A stretch of 64,000 nucleotides of DNA from Phallusia mammillata (taxonomy: Eukaryota). The notes below the pieces were generated by a model that saw only the letters and a program-made list of their open reading frames with translations, was not told the origin of the DNA and made no database searches. Shown here in pieces: positions 13,408 through 27,591 of the stretch. Within the stretch, counting starts at the first letter, position 1. Every line of letters begins with the position of its first letter. The stretch lies in the NCBI GenBank assembly GCA_965637545.1, contig OZ281497.1:5022001-5086000 (forward strand), read 5' to 3'. A program made the translations under genes and the position numbers.

Positions 13408-13969
13408 ACGTCCGCCGCGTAGATTAGATGTTTATTTTGGTAATAAAACCACGTTCTTCGTCAAAATTTTAACAGTTTGAGTCAAGTCCGGACCGAGACA
13501 AAAATAGGCACATAAAGATTACGCTATTTATAAGTTTGTTATTATTTTCTCACTAACGAAATTTAGTTTTTCTTTTCTGTCCGCAATAGTGGTTTGTGTC
13601 AGGTGATTGGAATAGCAGTTCAAAATAAGTAAGACTCGTGTAGGTAGGCTGGCTTTGTAAGATTTTACACCATAACGTACTGCAAAAAAAGCTATGTATT
13701 AGTCACAACAAGTAAAAAAAGATATGTAGCCTATCATATCAAAAAGCAATCGTTGACATGCCACCAAAAAAGACCGCGTATCAAAAGTTATCAACCCCTG
13801 CTCTAAAACAAGAAATAGGAGCTGCACTGTACGAAACCAAAAATTTCCTTACACACAGTTCATTCATCACAACAACACATATTCAATTGGCTGATGCGCT
13901 CGGACTGAATCAAACTATAGGGCGGGAGCAGACTTTGGTTACAAGTTTGCAGTTGGCCGTTGGATAGGG

Positions 13970-14215
13970 CAGTGGTTCCCAACCTTATTCGACGAATTCC
14001 TTCCTTGACCATCCATAACATTTGCATTCCCCCCTATAAAACTACATGGTAGGTCCTGAACCATACGAAGGTCATTCAAAATTGGGTATTTTATCAACAT
14101 TACAGGTCATTTTCCCAGAGCTTAAGTGTGCATTTACATACCACATGTACAAATTGAATTAAATTCCTCGAATTCCTCAAAATTCCTAAAATTCCTCCCC
14201 GGCTCAGAACCACTG
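13970..14215. mobile_element. hAT-type MITE between DYNC2I1 and b561-1
   Basis: CAGTGGTTCCCAACC ... GAACCACTG; internal AAATTCCTC tandem. Confidence 0.65.
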
Positions 14216-14481
14216 GGCCAGGGTATGGATCACCCTGCTATAGTGGAACAGTTCGCGGTAAAACCAGAGTCATGTTCTGGGGCGGAGTCTGACAAGCCAC
14301 AAGCTCCGGTGTTTGGTAAATAGAAGAGGGAAAATGTAACGGAAACCGGAGCTATTACTCAGACGGGCTTGGACGAGAAAGGAAGTTGTCATGTTGCAAC
14401 CCCTTGTTTTTTCGGTCCTTCTCATGCTCATTCGCACATTTACCTTGCAGAAGACGGCAGCAATATTTTAACAGCTAAAAA

Positions 14482-17400
14482 ATGCCAGTTAAAGAAAACT
14501 GTTGTAACAGTCGGAAGACCTTTTGGGGTATCTTTGGCCTCGCACAGGTAATTTTGAATCAAAAATGAAAAGCTTTTATTGTATTTACGTGTGGAATAAA
14601 ATAAATACTTACAACAATTGTTTGATTTTTTTGGACTGCCAATTATAGACTGTGGATTGCTTTTGGCTTGCTTGCAATTTAAATCGTTAGTGTTGAATAT
14701 CGCTTAAACGTAAAAACAATAAATTATTGATAATTTGGTTATACGTTTTTGGTAGCCAGTATTATTAATTATTGTTGTTTTGTGTGTACAACTATATAAC
14801 ATTTTTGCAAACATTACTTAAGGGCGACGATTTGCAAGCAAATTATTTACCAATTTGGTTTTTAGGTATGCGGACTCTTGGCAATCTCTCTTCTTGTAAT
14901 GTGGAATGTGGCTTACAACATGGGATATCAATGGGGCCATAGGAATCAACAATTTTCAATTCATCCACTGGTCATGATTATAGGAATGGTTTACATGTAT
15001 GGCGATGGTAAGCTACATATTTTTAACGCAATTTCGCTCCTCTGTTTACCACTGGGATCAGAACCGAAATTTTATTTACTCGGATCTAATTGAGGACTGC
15101 CTTAAGCTTACACTCGGCCACCTATGTCATAATTTCGTAAATATAATTTTTTGAATTGTTTGGGTTACCCGCTTTTTTAAGAAGTATCGTAGACCTAAAC
15201 GAAGAGATTTCAAAATCTTCAATTAAAATAATAATTTCGTAAACCGGACGAAGAATTTGAATTGAATACTAGACCTGATGTAAGCTCTAATCTTACTATT
15301 TTCTTTGACGTATTAAAAGGCGACCCAACAGATTGATATTTGGGAACAATAACGTTACATGTTTTTTTTTCTTTTCTTGCAGGGGCTCTGGTTTATCGGG
15401 TACTGGAGTGCTTGAGTCGTTTCCAGGTGAAGATTATACACATGGTTATCTTTGCCCTCATTCTTATCTTATCCATATTCGGTAAGTCACTATTAATTTA
15501 GGTACTTTTATCGCGTTTTTGCTGTAGACACTGGCAGCTTAAATTGTGCGCAAATAGATAAAATTTCGTGCACCAAAGCTTTATAGCAGTTTACTGTGCG
15601 ATGATGTATTTAAGCTGCCAGTGTCTACAGCAAAAACGCAATCATTTGTTATCATAATGCTGGAGTAATTAATTGCGCCGAGGCGTTCATTCTCCAACTT
15701 TACGTGCAAAACAAATGCATAGGCCAAATTACAAAGTTGTAGCTGAAAAATAATTTGCCTTAATCCAACAAACGTATGGCGGCTGTTGTACATCACTCAC
15801 GTTCAAATAGGGTGTGACTTTAGGAGAAAAAACTGGGTGTGGCCATAAATCATTTTCCCAGGAAAATTGGACTGACTAAAACCGGATCGTAAGCATCCCA
15901 TGTGCCAAAACGTAACTAAGAGACGACATTTTGGTCCGGTCGGCTGTTGCCAGACAGGATATACTGTGACAGATAGGAGATCGATTTTGTCTCTTGTTTC
16001 AGGCGTCTACACCGTTTTTAACTACCACGCCTTTATGAACTATGGAAATATGTATACCATGCACAGCTGGTGTGGAATGATCAACGTCGTCGCGTTTGGC
16101 CTGCAGGTTCGTGACCTTAAGTAACCTTGATACTGATACGCGAGGTCAATCATGTGGGGTTTAAGAAAGGGACGAGAGGGGTTGCAAAATACCTATTACA
16201 CCTTCCATATACTGGTAATTTAATTGTTTACTGTGTTGTTCAAACAAGGCAATTACAGGAACTTTCACTGTCAAAAACCGCATGAGATTTACACACTTTT
16301 TGCGTGTTTTAAACCGGTGACAAAATCCCTTATTCTGCAACCGTGTTTAGCAATTCGTATGCTGTTTTAGTACAGCCAATTTTCTATTCAGTATGCCAAT
16401 TAACCAAAATGCTCTTTTGCAGTTTTTTATTGGATTCGGAATTCTCCTTTGGCCTGGAGCAAAGGGAAAAATCCGTAATATCTACATGCCCATACATAGA
16501 TACAGCTCTTTTGGAATAATGGCGATCACGGTAGGAAGTATTGCCAGTGGTGTAGTGGAAGACCTACTTCTTTGCATGTAAGTGTCCCCGTAACTTAGAA
16601 GTTTCTACGTTTTCGAAATACTATGTTTCTACTTGCACACCCTCGACCAGAAAAATACACGCAAGGTCCGAGTAAGGACTTTCAGAATCCTGATAGCAAA
16701 GATCACTTGCACATAACAATTCACAGTTAATGGAAGAGCTTATTTGTCCGGACAATATTGCTGCATTTTATTTAAACCTAACTATAAGGAATTCTTGAGA
16801 AAACGATATAACTGATAAATATGTCTCTTTTTAAATTTCCACATACTAGCCATAATTCGCGTATAGATGTTTTTAAAGGCTATGTTAGTTTAAAAAAGAC
16901 GGGGTCTTAGCATACAATCCTATTTGAAAAAAAAACATCTTTTAAGCAATGTCAGTCAAAGTTAAGTAAGTGGACAGGATAAAATCAATCAATTATAGGC
17001 GGAAGTTTTAGGGCTTTTACTTGGAATAATGTAAAGTAGAAGAAAGCGGTAACAATGTTTACATAACATGGGTCTTACGTATAATAACAAAAACATGATA
17101 ACAAGGCGTTTTGTTTTTGTTACCACCTGTACATAAAAACAACGTAATCCATCAACTTCTTATGACAAGCGTTTCCCAGTAAAGCCTACGATAGTCGGTT
17201 GTTTACTTGTTTTAGACATGGGGTAACAATGAGGTCATGGGGTTCACATACCTAAAGCATCGCACTAGTGTTAACCACGTGGCTGTATGTGAGCACAGTT
17301 ATTTATTTGCTTTTAACTATTAGACAAACTTGAGTGCAATTGTTATATGGATGCTGTCACTAACAAAGTCCTTTTATATAGAAGTTGCAATTAAACAAAT

Positions 17401-18118
17401 TTTTATGTTGGTTAAATAAAGTTACAAACTTGACTTAATTAAACACCAAGCAAAACTAGTAGGTGTGTAGTGAGTTACTATGAGTGGTAGAATATACAAA
17501 ACATGTCGACAGTAAATTTTATTGTTGGTCGTTTGGTGTAACAATGCAATTGGGTCAATAACTTATAAGCCACAAGTTTTTTCACTTGCAAAAATCTGTC
17601 AGAAGTGTGATCAGTTTAACAAACTGAAATTTAAATTTAATTAAAAACATGACTTCCAGAGAGCTTGTTTGTATGTATAAAATACATCTGAGTGCAGACT
17701 GCAGACTTTGATAACCTGCACTGATGACAACAGCGATTGTTGAAACGTCTGCACTAATATGTATTCTATATACACAAGCTCTTTGGCGGTTATGTTTTAA
17801 TTAAAATATGATTACTTTCACCTACGAGATTACTTTTCACCTATCACCTACTTATTACACTAACTTAATACTACGATTTCAATTTGTAGTGACAACAGAG
17901 AATACAGAGAACTGCCCCTTCACGCTGTCTTGTTCAACGTTATCGGTGTCCTTTGCATTGTCTACATATTACTTGTAATGTACCTCGTTTACCGGGACGA
18001 CTGGAAGCGAGGGACTAAGCTGACGCCCGCTGAAGAAGCCCAGGAAAAAGGGGACGCTTCGGCGGAGCAGAGTGCTCCAGGTCCCAGCGAAACTGACAAG
18101 TTGCTGCCGAAGGAGTAA
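14482..18118 (+). CDS. Cytochrome b561-family ascorbate-dependent transmembrane reductase, paralogue 1 (6 coding exons)
   Basis: MPVKENCCNSRKTFWGIFGLAQ...FSIHPLVM...GALVYR...KIIHM...YTMHSWCG...MPIHRY...DKLLPKE*. All four heme-ligating His are present and splice phases are consistent. Confidence 0.9.
15513..15639. repeat. Perfect 32-bp inverted repeat with 63-nt spacer (foldback/MITE) in a b561-1 intron
   Basis: GCGTTTTTGCTGTAGACACTGGCAGCTTAAAT (15513-15544) and its exact reverse complement (15608-15639). Confidence 0.85.
17717..17753 (+). ncRNA. Minimal type I hammerhead motif
   Basis: TGCA-CTGATGA-C-AACA-gcgat-TGTT-GAAA-CGTC-TGCA; GUC triplet and perfect 4-bp stems I and II. Confidence 0.7.
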
Positions 18119-19410
18119 TTTGACTTGGTTTGGTGTTATTGATTGATGTACAACAGTATTTGTATTTAAATTCGTGCACTTGTAGCATAAGTTTTAAAAG
18201 TTCTTAGGTGTCTTGTGTACTTCTTCTAGTTTATTTGTGTTGTAAGTAAATGGTGGTGAATAACTTCAGTATTTTTTCTTCGCAATTTTGCTACTTCTAC
18301 CTTGTAAAACATTCTTTCTTGTGCATATTCGGATTAGCAAATGGTTATTTGTTGTTTAAACTTTATTTTCTCCTGCCGTTCTTGTTGTCAAACGCAATCT
18401 TTTCCTCTGTGTGGTGCTTGCTTTCTGCGCACCATCTTTTGTCTTTGTGTAAATAGCTCAGGAATTTATGCGCGTTTTACGCGTTGTACATATTGTAAAG
18501 CTTATTCAAAAAGAGATAATACATAAATAGCAACTTACGAGCTTGTGTGATGTAAATTACCAATAACACTGAAGGTACATTCTCAGGGCACAGGAAAATA
18601 CTTGCTGCGCACAAACTAGTGCAGTATTTCTTAAACATGTTCCCTGTACCAAACCATAAACACCTGGTTTAATTGCGCACTTCGTCGTCTACAGACAAAA
18701 ACCACAAATTTATTTTAAGATTGCCTGCTGGTTGTGGCTGCGAAACGATGCCAGTTTTTCTTTTCTTTGTGCATTAAGATAGCTTGTTTGTGTGTCCAGA
18801 GACATTTTTAATACAATTTTACCGCATATTAACTTTAATCTATACTTTCCCGTAATCCTCACAAAAAATCCTAAAGCCATTAAAAAAAATTACCAGAAGA
18901 TGGCGCAATGTAGCTTCTTGGAATTCTTTGCTCGTGGCATCACACGCGGCGCGCTTGTCAATTCTGTGAGGATCAATTAATTACATCGGTCCTGTCGAAG
19001 CATTTCGTTTTGATAAACAACGCTACGTCCAGCTTGTTTCAGCTGGATAGTGTTCTCTGTTAGTTTGGTTCACCTTTTGACATCACCACTAATTTTACAT
19101 GCGTCTGTGCAATTTTACACAGCAATCTCAGTTCTGTGGAGATTACTGTGAGTAACTTGTTTATTTTATTAGTTTACAGTTTTATTTAAATTTTTCAAGG
19201 AAATTTTGTTCTGCATTGAGAGTGTGCAAGCAATAGGTGAAGGTAACTTTTGCAAAAGATCCAAACTCTAGGACGTTCTGAAGTTACGGAGGGTCGCTAT
19301 GTTCTCCAGCAATAAAGCCAATCAGGTTATATGAGACCCGGAAGGGGGCGATTAGTTATCTGCAGCTCGTTACAACACACCATGTCCGACCTCAACCATA
19401 GTGATAAGAT

Positions 19411-22400
19411 ATGGCAGCAAGAGAGAACTGTTGCAATAGCAGGAATACTTTCTGGGTAATATTTGGAGTGACCCAGGTATGTATTGTTTTTGATAACTTT
19501 GCCAAAGGTATAAACAATGTGTGTTATGCGCATGCTAGTATGTTTTGGTTACTTTTGTAGTAAGTAACTTATTTAAACTCAAAGTTTTGTTTTTCGTAAG
19601 ATTTAAATTATTGTTAGAATGTATAAAAAGTAAATGGTTCAATAACACGTAAAAAGTGACATATTATATTCTAAGACGCTTTGTATATGGCATGCAATCT
19701 AAAACGTTTGCAGAATTTGCTGAAGCAAAAAATGGTTACTCGAAATGAAGCATTATAAGTATAACTTGCAAACATATCTGTACGTTGTATTAAAAGATAC
19801 GCTTAAATTATTCTCTTACGTACAACATAGCATTTGAAATATTTGTAGTTAATTAGCTTTTGTGGTCATAGTTTTATAGATTGACTACAGCATATCACTT
19901 TTTAACAAGAGTACATGTCCGTGATACATTTAGTTCTTCGGACTGCTTGCTATAGCGTTAATGGTGATATGGACGTGTGTGTTCAATGGTGGATATAAAT
20001 GGAATGGCCGGTATCATCAGTTTGCTATTCATCCTCTTGTTATGATTCTGTCCATGGTGTTTTTGTATGGCAACGGTAAGCTATCACTTTTTCTAGATTT
20101 GCTTTTTTCTAGAGATTCTAAGAAAACGTTTTTGTGTAGTTTATAAGGCTGAAATTTTGTAACTTCATGTGATGTGTGAGGCTGCTTTCGGAAACAAGGA
20201 GATTAAACGATTTTCTGGCATTGTCATATACAGCCGAATTTCGCCATCAAGCCCCAAAGCAGAGATAATAAGTTTAACTCTTGAAAGTATTTAGTGACAC
20301 ACCTGAACATCTCTCACGTCACGCTAATGTACAGTGGTTTATAAAACTTGTCAACAAAAAGAATTCGCCATATTTGTAATTTGGTACCAAGCGGTGTATG
20401 CAATTTTACATATTGTTGTAAGCCTTCCAAGTGTTTGGAATTGCTTCCTGGACGCGTTTTGTCACACTTGCCTTGAATCAATTGCAAAATCTTTTTTTCA
20501 AATCCAGGGTATTTTTCTCGAGGCTGTTTGTAAGGCTTTTAATAAAGCTTATGGATCGAAGATCCAAGGATAACCCTCAAGTACTTAAGTACGTGATAAT
20601 TACGTAACCATTCCATGTGCTTTACAGCTGCATTAATTTATCGAGCATTGGATTGTGTTCCTCGCTGGAAGACCAAGTTCATTCACATGATCATCACAGG
20701 CATCACTCTTGCACTTGCAATTTTCGGTAACTTTCTCGTAAATGTTAATGGAAACTAGGTATATATGCACTGTGTGACCTTAATGGCATAGCTAATGTTA
20801 CAGCACGTGCTTACAATTTCCGGTATTGCATTAGTAACAGTTGCAATCGCCATTTGAATTACGAGAAGTAAATTATTTCATGCTCTTTCCAAGTAAAGAT
20901 ACAAAAATCGGTTTTTAAAATATTTTTGACCCAACGTGGCGACTCTGGAGCACAATAAAGTGTGATTGATGGTTATAACAAAACTTGCCCTAGATTGTAG
21001 ATGTTAAGATCATTCGCTACACAAGAGCCTCAATAAAATGTTATTTGCAGGGGTTGCAACAGTTTTTATTTTTGACCACCGCATGAACTACGGGAACATG
21101 TACACCATGCACAGCTGGTGTGGGATCACCACTCTCGGTTTCTTTACATTTCAGGTTGAAACCTTTGTTAATATATCGACAATATTAATCATGATGTATC
21201 ATATTCTGATGAAAATTTAGTAACTTAAATAGTCGTAAAAGCTATATACCTTATTACCAAACATTTAAGCCATCATCTCCTACGATCATTGTTATCCATA
21301 AGATTTTTCACGAATGTTTCATGCAGTTTAGGTTCATGTTTTTTCACAAGAATTACAAATGGAACATTGTTTAGTGTTTCAAAGTGTCAGTTGAATTATA
21401 TTTATTATGTTAACGCCTCTGAAATCAAATCTTTTGTGAAGCCAGTCCCAAACATAGGTACAGCGTACAAAGGCAGTGATCTACCTACATTTAAAAGTGA
21501 CTTTGGATACACTCGTCCATATAAACGCCCTATGTTGTTTTTGTGGTACCAGCGATACTCATGTTATAATTTGTTTTCAGTTTTTTGCCGGTTTCTTTGC
21601 CTTCATGTGGCCTGGGGTGAAGGGTTCCATACGAGACATGGTGCTTCCTATTCACCGTTTTGGTGCTTTCGCAATTCTTGCTCTTTCTTTGGGAAGTATT
21701 ATGAGTGGAATTGTCGACGATCTTTTGCTCAGCATGTAAGTTGTTGTAAAAGCAAACATATATTTTACCTCATACGTTAGCTCTACAGGAATCGTAAACA
21801 AATGACAGCATTTTTTTGGGATATTTAAAGCAGCAGTTTCCAGCTTTAGAGAGTAGTTTCCAGCTTTCAAGATTGTTCACACCGCACGTTACTGGCGCTT
21901 TAAAATTTTGTAGCGGGAAATAAGTAAACTTTTTCATCGATTTAAATTACACATCTTGACATCTGGAAATTCGAGAGTTTCAAAGTTGATATTTCGGGAC
22001 AGGGGTAATATATTGTTGGGCAACAATAAGTCTGTTTGTGGAATGTAAAACCAATCGTTAGTGTACTGTACTGTTTTAAATACCTTTGAGTATGATGTTA
22101 GAGTGTGCTAGTATGAGTGGTTTAGTTAACATTCTATAAATATATATGCTTTCACTGACACACCACATCCTGATGTCCACACACTCAAAGTTTTGTCTTT
22201 GAGGAAACTTGCTACGTGGAAACAGTGACTAATGTTACCCACAGACAAGCGTGGTACCTGTGGCGACAACTTTGCGTTGATTAATTGCTTTTTTTCACAA
22301 CACACTTTGTTGTGTAGTACTATGTGCAGTTACTGGGTGCAGGAAAGTAGTTTCCCAACTTTATATACATTTTTACTTCTTTACAAATTTTTCTGCAATG

Positions 22401-22700
22401 CAGTATTAAAGAAAAAAATAAAATAAAACAAATTCTATTTGAATAAGGAAAAGCAAAGAGTACCGAGAGCTTCCACCTCATGCCATATTTTTCAACGTCA
22501 TCGGTCTCCTCTGCATGGCGTACATCCTCCTAACAATGTATCTTCTGCACCGGAATGACTGGAACCAAGGAGCTCCTTTGCCACCCCCTCCACAATTTGT
22601 TCTGGAAGAGGCGCAGGAGCAACCAGGAGCAGATCCGACTCCTGTTCCTGAGACGTCAGGGCCTGGGGAATTGGAAAAGTTACTTCCGCATCCGCGTTGA
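19411..22700 (+). CDS. Cytochrome b561-family reductase, paralogue 2 (same exon structure)
   Basis: MAARENCCNSRNTFWVIFGVTQ...FAIHPLVM...AALIYR...KFIHM...YTMHSWCG...LPIHRF...ELEKLLPHPR*. Four His conserved. Confidence 0.9.
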
Positions 22701-23886
22701 TGTAGCGTGTGAAAAAGGGATACATTGTACCTTATTAGTTATAATATTGTCTCATGGATTGTATAACTATATCCTATATGAATGGGATTACATATAACAA
22801 TGTTTGAAAGTTTAATAGAGATCTCCCTTCAATTTGCATAGGGTGTGCTATAATACATGTGCAATAGAGTATTTAACTTGAATACAGTTAACATTGTATC
22901 ATAAGCTTTTTGGTAAATTAAGTACCCCAGACCTATTTCAAGTGTCATATCGAATTAAGCCAATCCCCAACCCGGGTCTTGGGTCTGCATAAAGTCCTCA
23001 GGGCCTTTCCTCAGGTTTCATTGTTCTTTGTAAAATGTAAATCTTAGTTTATTTAGCTGTCATTCCTGTGCGGCAAGGCATCTTGACTGTGGTGAGATTC
23101 GGACCCACGACAGGAGCCTATCCCTGGTCTGCATGACTGTTTCATGGCATGATCCTGTTGTTTATAGTTGTTGAACAATGGCCTAACTGGCGATCGTCCA
23201 CTGAAAAGCTGTAACGAAAATGCTTGAGAGACGGCTTGATTTGGTATTACGCCTATAACATGCCTGGTGTACTATGATTTATGTGTGAGAGTGTCGAGAT
23301 TGCAAGTCTACATAATCACTAGCTTCAAGGCTGATGCCAGTTACAAACATAACACAAGGTCGACTTGTATCTAACAAGACCTCTGCTGCGGCAAAATTAC
23401 ATATGTAAGAAAGTCTAGCGTCACTGAGGTGTTACATTTTATGTCATGTTAACCATGGGTTGCATTGGTAAAGCATGTTTGACGAAGCTTTAATGCGTAT
23501 CGTTGGCGGCTTTAACGGCAGGAAGCAGTTGCACATACTTTTGTGCAGCAAGTCAGATACAAGAAATACGTAATGCACAGTTACAAATTACCATACAGGT
23601 ATATGGTGTTGCGACATTAAGTGGTCGAAACTTGCATTTGAGAGTATGTTTTTCGCAAGGTGTTTGTACACTCAATAACTCACTACGAAAACAACCGGCT
23701 GTCGTAAACGGTGTTGTTTACTAGTTAGCCATTTAAACCCCGTGAGAGGCACCGCATACCGCCATACACAATATTGACATGATTGTATAGTTTACCTTAT
23801 GAGTCTGCATAAATTATCGATGGCTACATAGCACGGTTACAGGAAAGCAGTGTGTTATATGCTGATTTGAAATCGGAAAGAAAAAC

Positions 23887-26800
23887 ATGAAGTTGCTTGT
23901 GTTTTTAAGCTTGTTTGCAGTTTGCGTCTTTGCGCGCAAAACCTTTCATGGGTAAGTATATGTAAAGTAAGGTTTTTGGACTAACAATAAAACAACAACA
24001 CCCCTACATATTAAATACAATAAACACTGAATATATTTTAAATATGGAGAAATTGAGTTTCCAAGATTGCAAATAAAGCAGATCTTTGTTCTTTGTGCTA
24101 ACAGCCCACCACGTAGATCACGTCGATTTAAACTGTAAAAATGTAGTGCCTATTTTATTATCGTTTTTAGGGACCAAGTTCTTCGTTTGCATCCAATTAC
24201 TGAGGGACAACTAAATACATTGCAAAACCTAGAGAAGCAGTACGAGGTACCAATACTTAGCTCGATTTAGTGTATCAATAATGTCACATGTTGTTGTAAT
24301 GCAGTTGGACTTTTGGACGCCAGTCAGAGGTATTGGAATCCCTGTAGATATCCGTGTGCCTTCTGGCCGTCTCGCTAGCTTCAAGGCGTATCTGTCCACT
24401 ACTGGGTAAAATTTTGTTTGGATATTATCGGTTTAAACAAAAGCTATTCCCTTTTGTATGGTCTTTGAAGTTATGTAGAGATTACTGACATTAAGGCAAA
24501 AAAAAATATTGCTAGTGTTTGAGATGATGTTTCTTTACCTATTATATCGCGGACTGTTTTTGATGTATAAGCATTCGTTAATCTAATAAAAACGCAAAAA
24601 TTAAAAAAAAATTACATAATAAAAACAATATGGAGTTAAAACCAATTTGTCTGAGATAACAGCGGACTCAGGAAAACCGTTTAACGATTCATAAACAAAG
24701 CATGTTGAATTAGCTCTTTATTATAACAACCATATATTGTGTAGTCATTCTTTGACTAACTGTCGTTTATACGTTTTTGCGTACTCCTGATGGATTATCA
24801 CTTACAGGATTCATTATGCGGTTTTTATCGACGATGTCCAGAACTATATTAATGCAGAGCGAACCGAACATCCTACTCCTAAAGCTCTAGCTGATTTTAA
24901 CTATCATGTTTATCATCATTTTGATGAGGTAAGCACCAATAATTACTTTTTTGGGGGAAAATTTTTTAACCGAATGACTGACTTTTTTTGTAGGGCCCTA
25001 ATTAGACAATATCCACTCATAAAACTATCAATATGAAAACTATAATTCAGTATCTACAACAAACTTCATTTATGAAAGTCAGTACTGCGTATTTGCTTAA
25101 TTTTGCTTTGTTAATGCTAAATTGCAGATTCAACAATGGATTAGCGACATGGCTGCTGCCCATCCGAAACTTCTCACCAACTCAACAGTTGGAACTTCCT
25201 ACGAAGGACTGAAATTCAGTGCTCTTACCGTAAGTGTTAAAACGTTTGATATCTTTGTATGTTAGGCAGTGGTTTTGGTTGGTTTGATGCACTTTTCTAC
25301 TACCTCTGTTGAATTAATTACAAGTCAAAAATGGCGTATGGCGTTTCATCCAACACAGAATACTAAAATTTAAATTATTACTGTTAATCCCTAGAGAAAG
25401 TTATTTCAATCAAAACATTTTAAAAAAATTAAAGAATAACCTGTTTTTGAAACATAAAAGAGAATAAATGGACAACAAAAATCGTAAGTTTGAATTTCAG
25501 GTCACCACTAAAAAGGGAAATCCCCAGTTCGTCATCAACTGTGGAATTCACGCCAGAGAATGGATAAGCCCGGCTACCTGCATGTTTTCAGTCAAACAGG
25601 TGAAATAGGTTTTTCTGTCTTGTCTGCAAATTTACTTTATTAACAGATATGGCTTATTTACTTTAGCTCGTCACCGAGTACGGAACTGACCCGACGATTA
25701 CAGGGCTTTTGGATAAAGTCGACTTTGTTTTTATTCCAAGTTCAAACCCTGACGGATACCAATACACTTGGAGTGACGTAAGAATACCTATCACTTAAAT
25801 ATGTTAACTTTTAAATCTAGAAATCTACACAATTTTCTGAGAAACTAACAACGAACATAAAGCGCCTAAATGTGTATGTTTTGACGCGACAAACTATTTT
25901 ATTTTGTTATCGTAGAAAAGCTGCAAATTTAGCTGCAGTTCAGTTGTTTTGGTGACAAAAACAAAATGATAGCGCTGACGCGAACGTGCTGTACTGCTGC
26001 CTAACGGTAATAGTATTGTGTTGCTTAGGACCGCATGTGGCGTAAAACCAGAACACCAAGTAGCGCTCGTTGCACTGGAGTTGATCCAAACCGAAATTGG
26101 GACGCAAACTTTGGAGGTAATGCGGTCTAAATCAAATATTGCAACAATAAAGAATTACAAAATAATACAACTTGTTAGAAATCTGTCTGTAACAAAGATG
26201 TTGTTAAAAAATGGTTTTAAAACTATCGAACATATAAAAACATGTTTAGGTCCCGGAGCCAGTGACATGCCCTGTAGTGACACTTATTACGGACCTTACG
26301 CGTTTTCGGAGGTAGGTATAACAACCAATTAATAAAAATAATTGTGTGATACTGACTGAAAAAAGTGTGCGTAGAAAATAGTAGTGACACTGTACCACCG
26401 ACACCAACAACAAACAATCCCATACTCTCTCCCTTTCTCTTTGTCTTTTTTATCTCTCTACATATCCTTTATGTTTGAGCCGATTAATGACAAAAATGAC
26501 CCTTCGCTTTTTTGCAAAAAAACTAAATGTTTGTAAAATTGGTTAAGACATATGTTTAACTCTTTACTCTGATCTAAATGCTGTAAATATGTTGGTTTAT
26601 TAGCCTTGCACCTTGGCTCAAAAGAAGTTCGTGGAAGGCCTTCCAAACCCTAAAATGTATATAGATGTTCACTCATACAGCCAGCTGTGGATGTTTCCAT
26701 ACGGTTACAAATTGGATCGTCCAAGCAACTTCGACACCTTGGTTAGTTTATAGATTTTTTTGGATCATACTAACTTACCTAAGGATCTGGATCATACTAA

Positions 26801-27591
26801 CTTACCCAATTTATATTCTTTTCAGACACTCACGATGCATACAAAAGCGTGCATTTGTTTCGTAAAACAAATTAAACACAGCGACAGATTTAGTGGTTTT
26901 CACGCTGAATTTTCTTACACCTAATCTAAATAATCACCTTCAAAAATTCAATTTGGCGCCTCTTTCGGACATACTAAAACTTGATCTACCTGCCATTTCT
27001 ACTTTGCCGTATGCGCATTTTTTTCAGGATAAAATTGCGAACGACAGCGTAGCGGCAATTAAAGTCACCCATGGCAAGACGTACCAATCAGGACAAATTT
27101 CAACCACTATCTGTAAGTAGCTGGGTAGCTTACCGTAAACCTTTTTTTTTAACAAAACGTTTTTTTGCACAGAACAAGCTCACCCAAAACTTGTTCACAC
27201 AAAATACACCTAAAGATACAAAAAATACGTTAATAACGATCTTTTGCGCTTATGAAAACAAGAAAGTGTACCAACGCAGTTGTCAGGAATGACTTTATTC
27301 TTCTGTACTAACATTTCAGATGTGGCATCTGGCAGCACTGCCGACTATTTTTACGACAATGTAACTCCGTGTTCATTTGCTGCCGAACTGAGAGACGAAG
27401 GACAGTATGGTTTCCTTCTACCGGAGTCGTAAGTCCACGATAACAAACTTGAAAGCAAAATTACATCGCATGTAAACTACTTTAAAGTCTATTTTAATTT
27501 TAGAGAGATCCAACCAACAGCTGAAGAATCACTTGCTGCTTTCCAAGTTATGGCGCAAGCAATTATCGACCACAAGTGTGATTCGTATTAA
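23887..27591 (+). CDS. Secreted M14A zinc carboxypeptidase (CPA/CPB-like) with signal peptide and activation propeptide
   Basis: [16 protein letters not shown] signal; propeptide DQVLRL...LDFW; GIHAREW (H69/E72), RMWRKTR (R127), DPNRNW (N144/R145), DVHSYSQ (H196), [12 protein letters not shown] (Y248), AELRD (E270). Stop TAA at 27589-27591. Confidence 0.92.
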
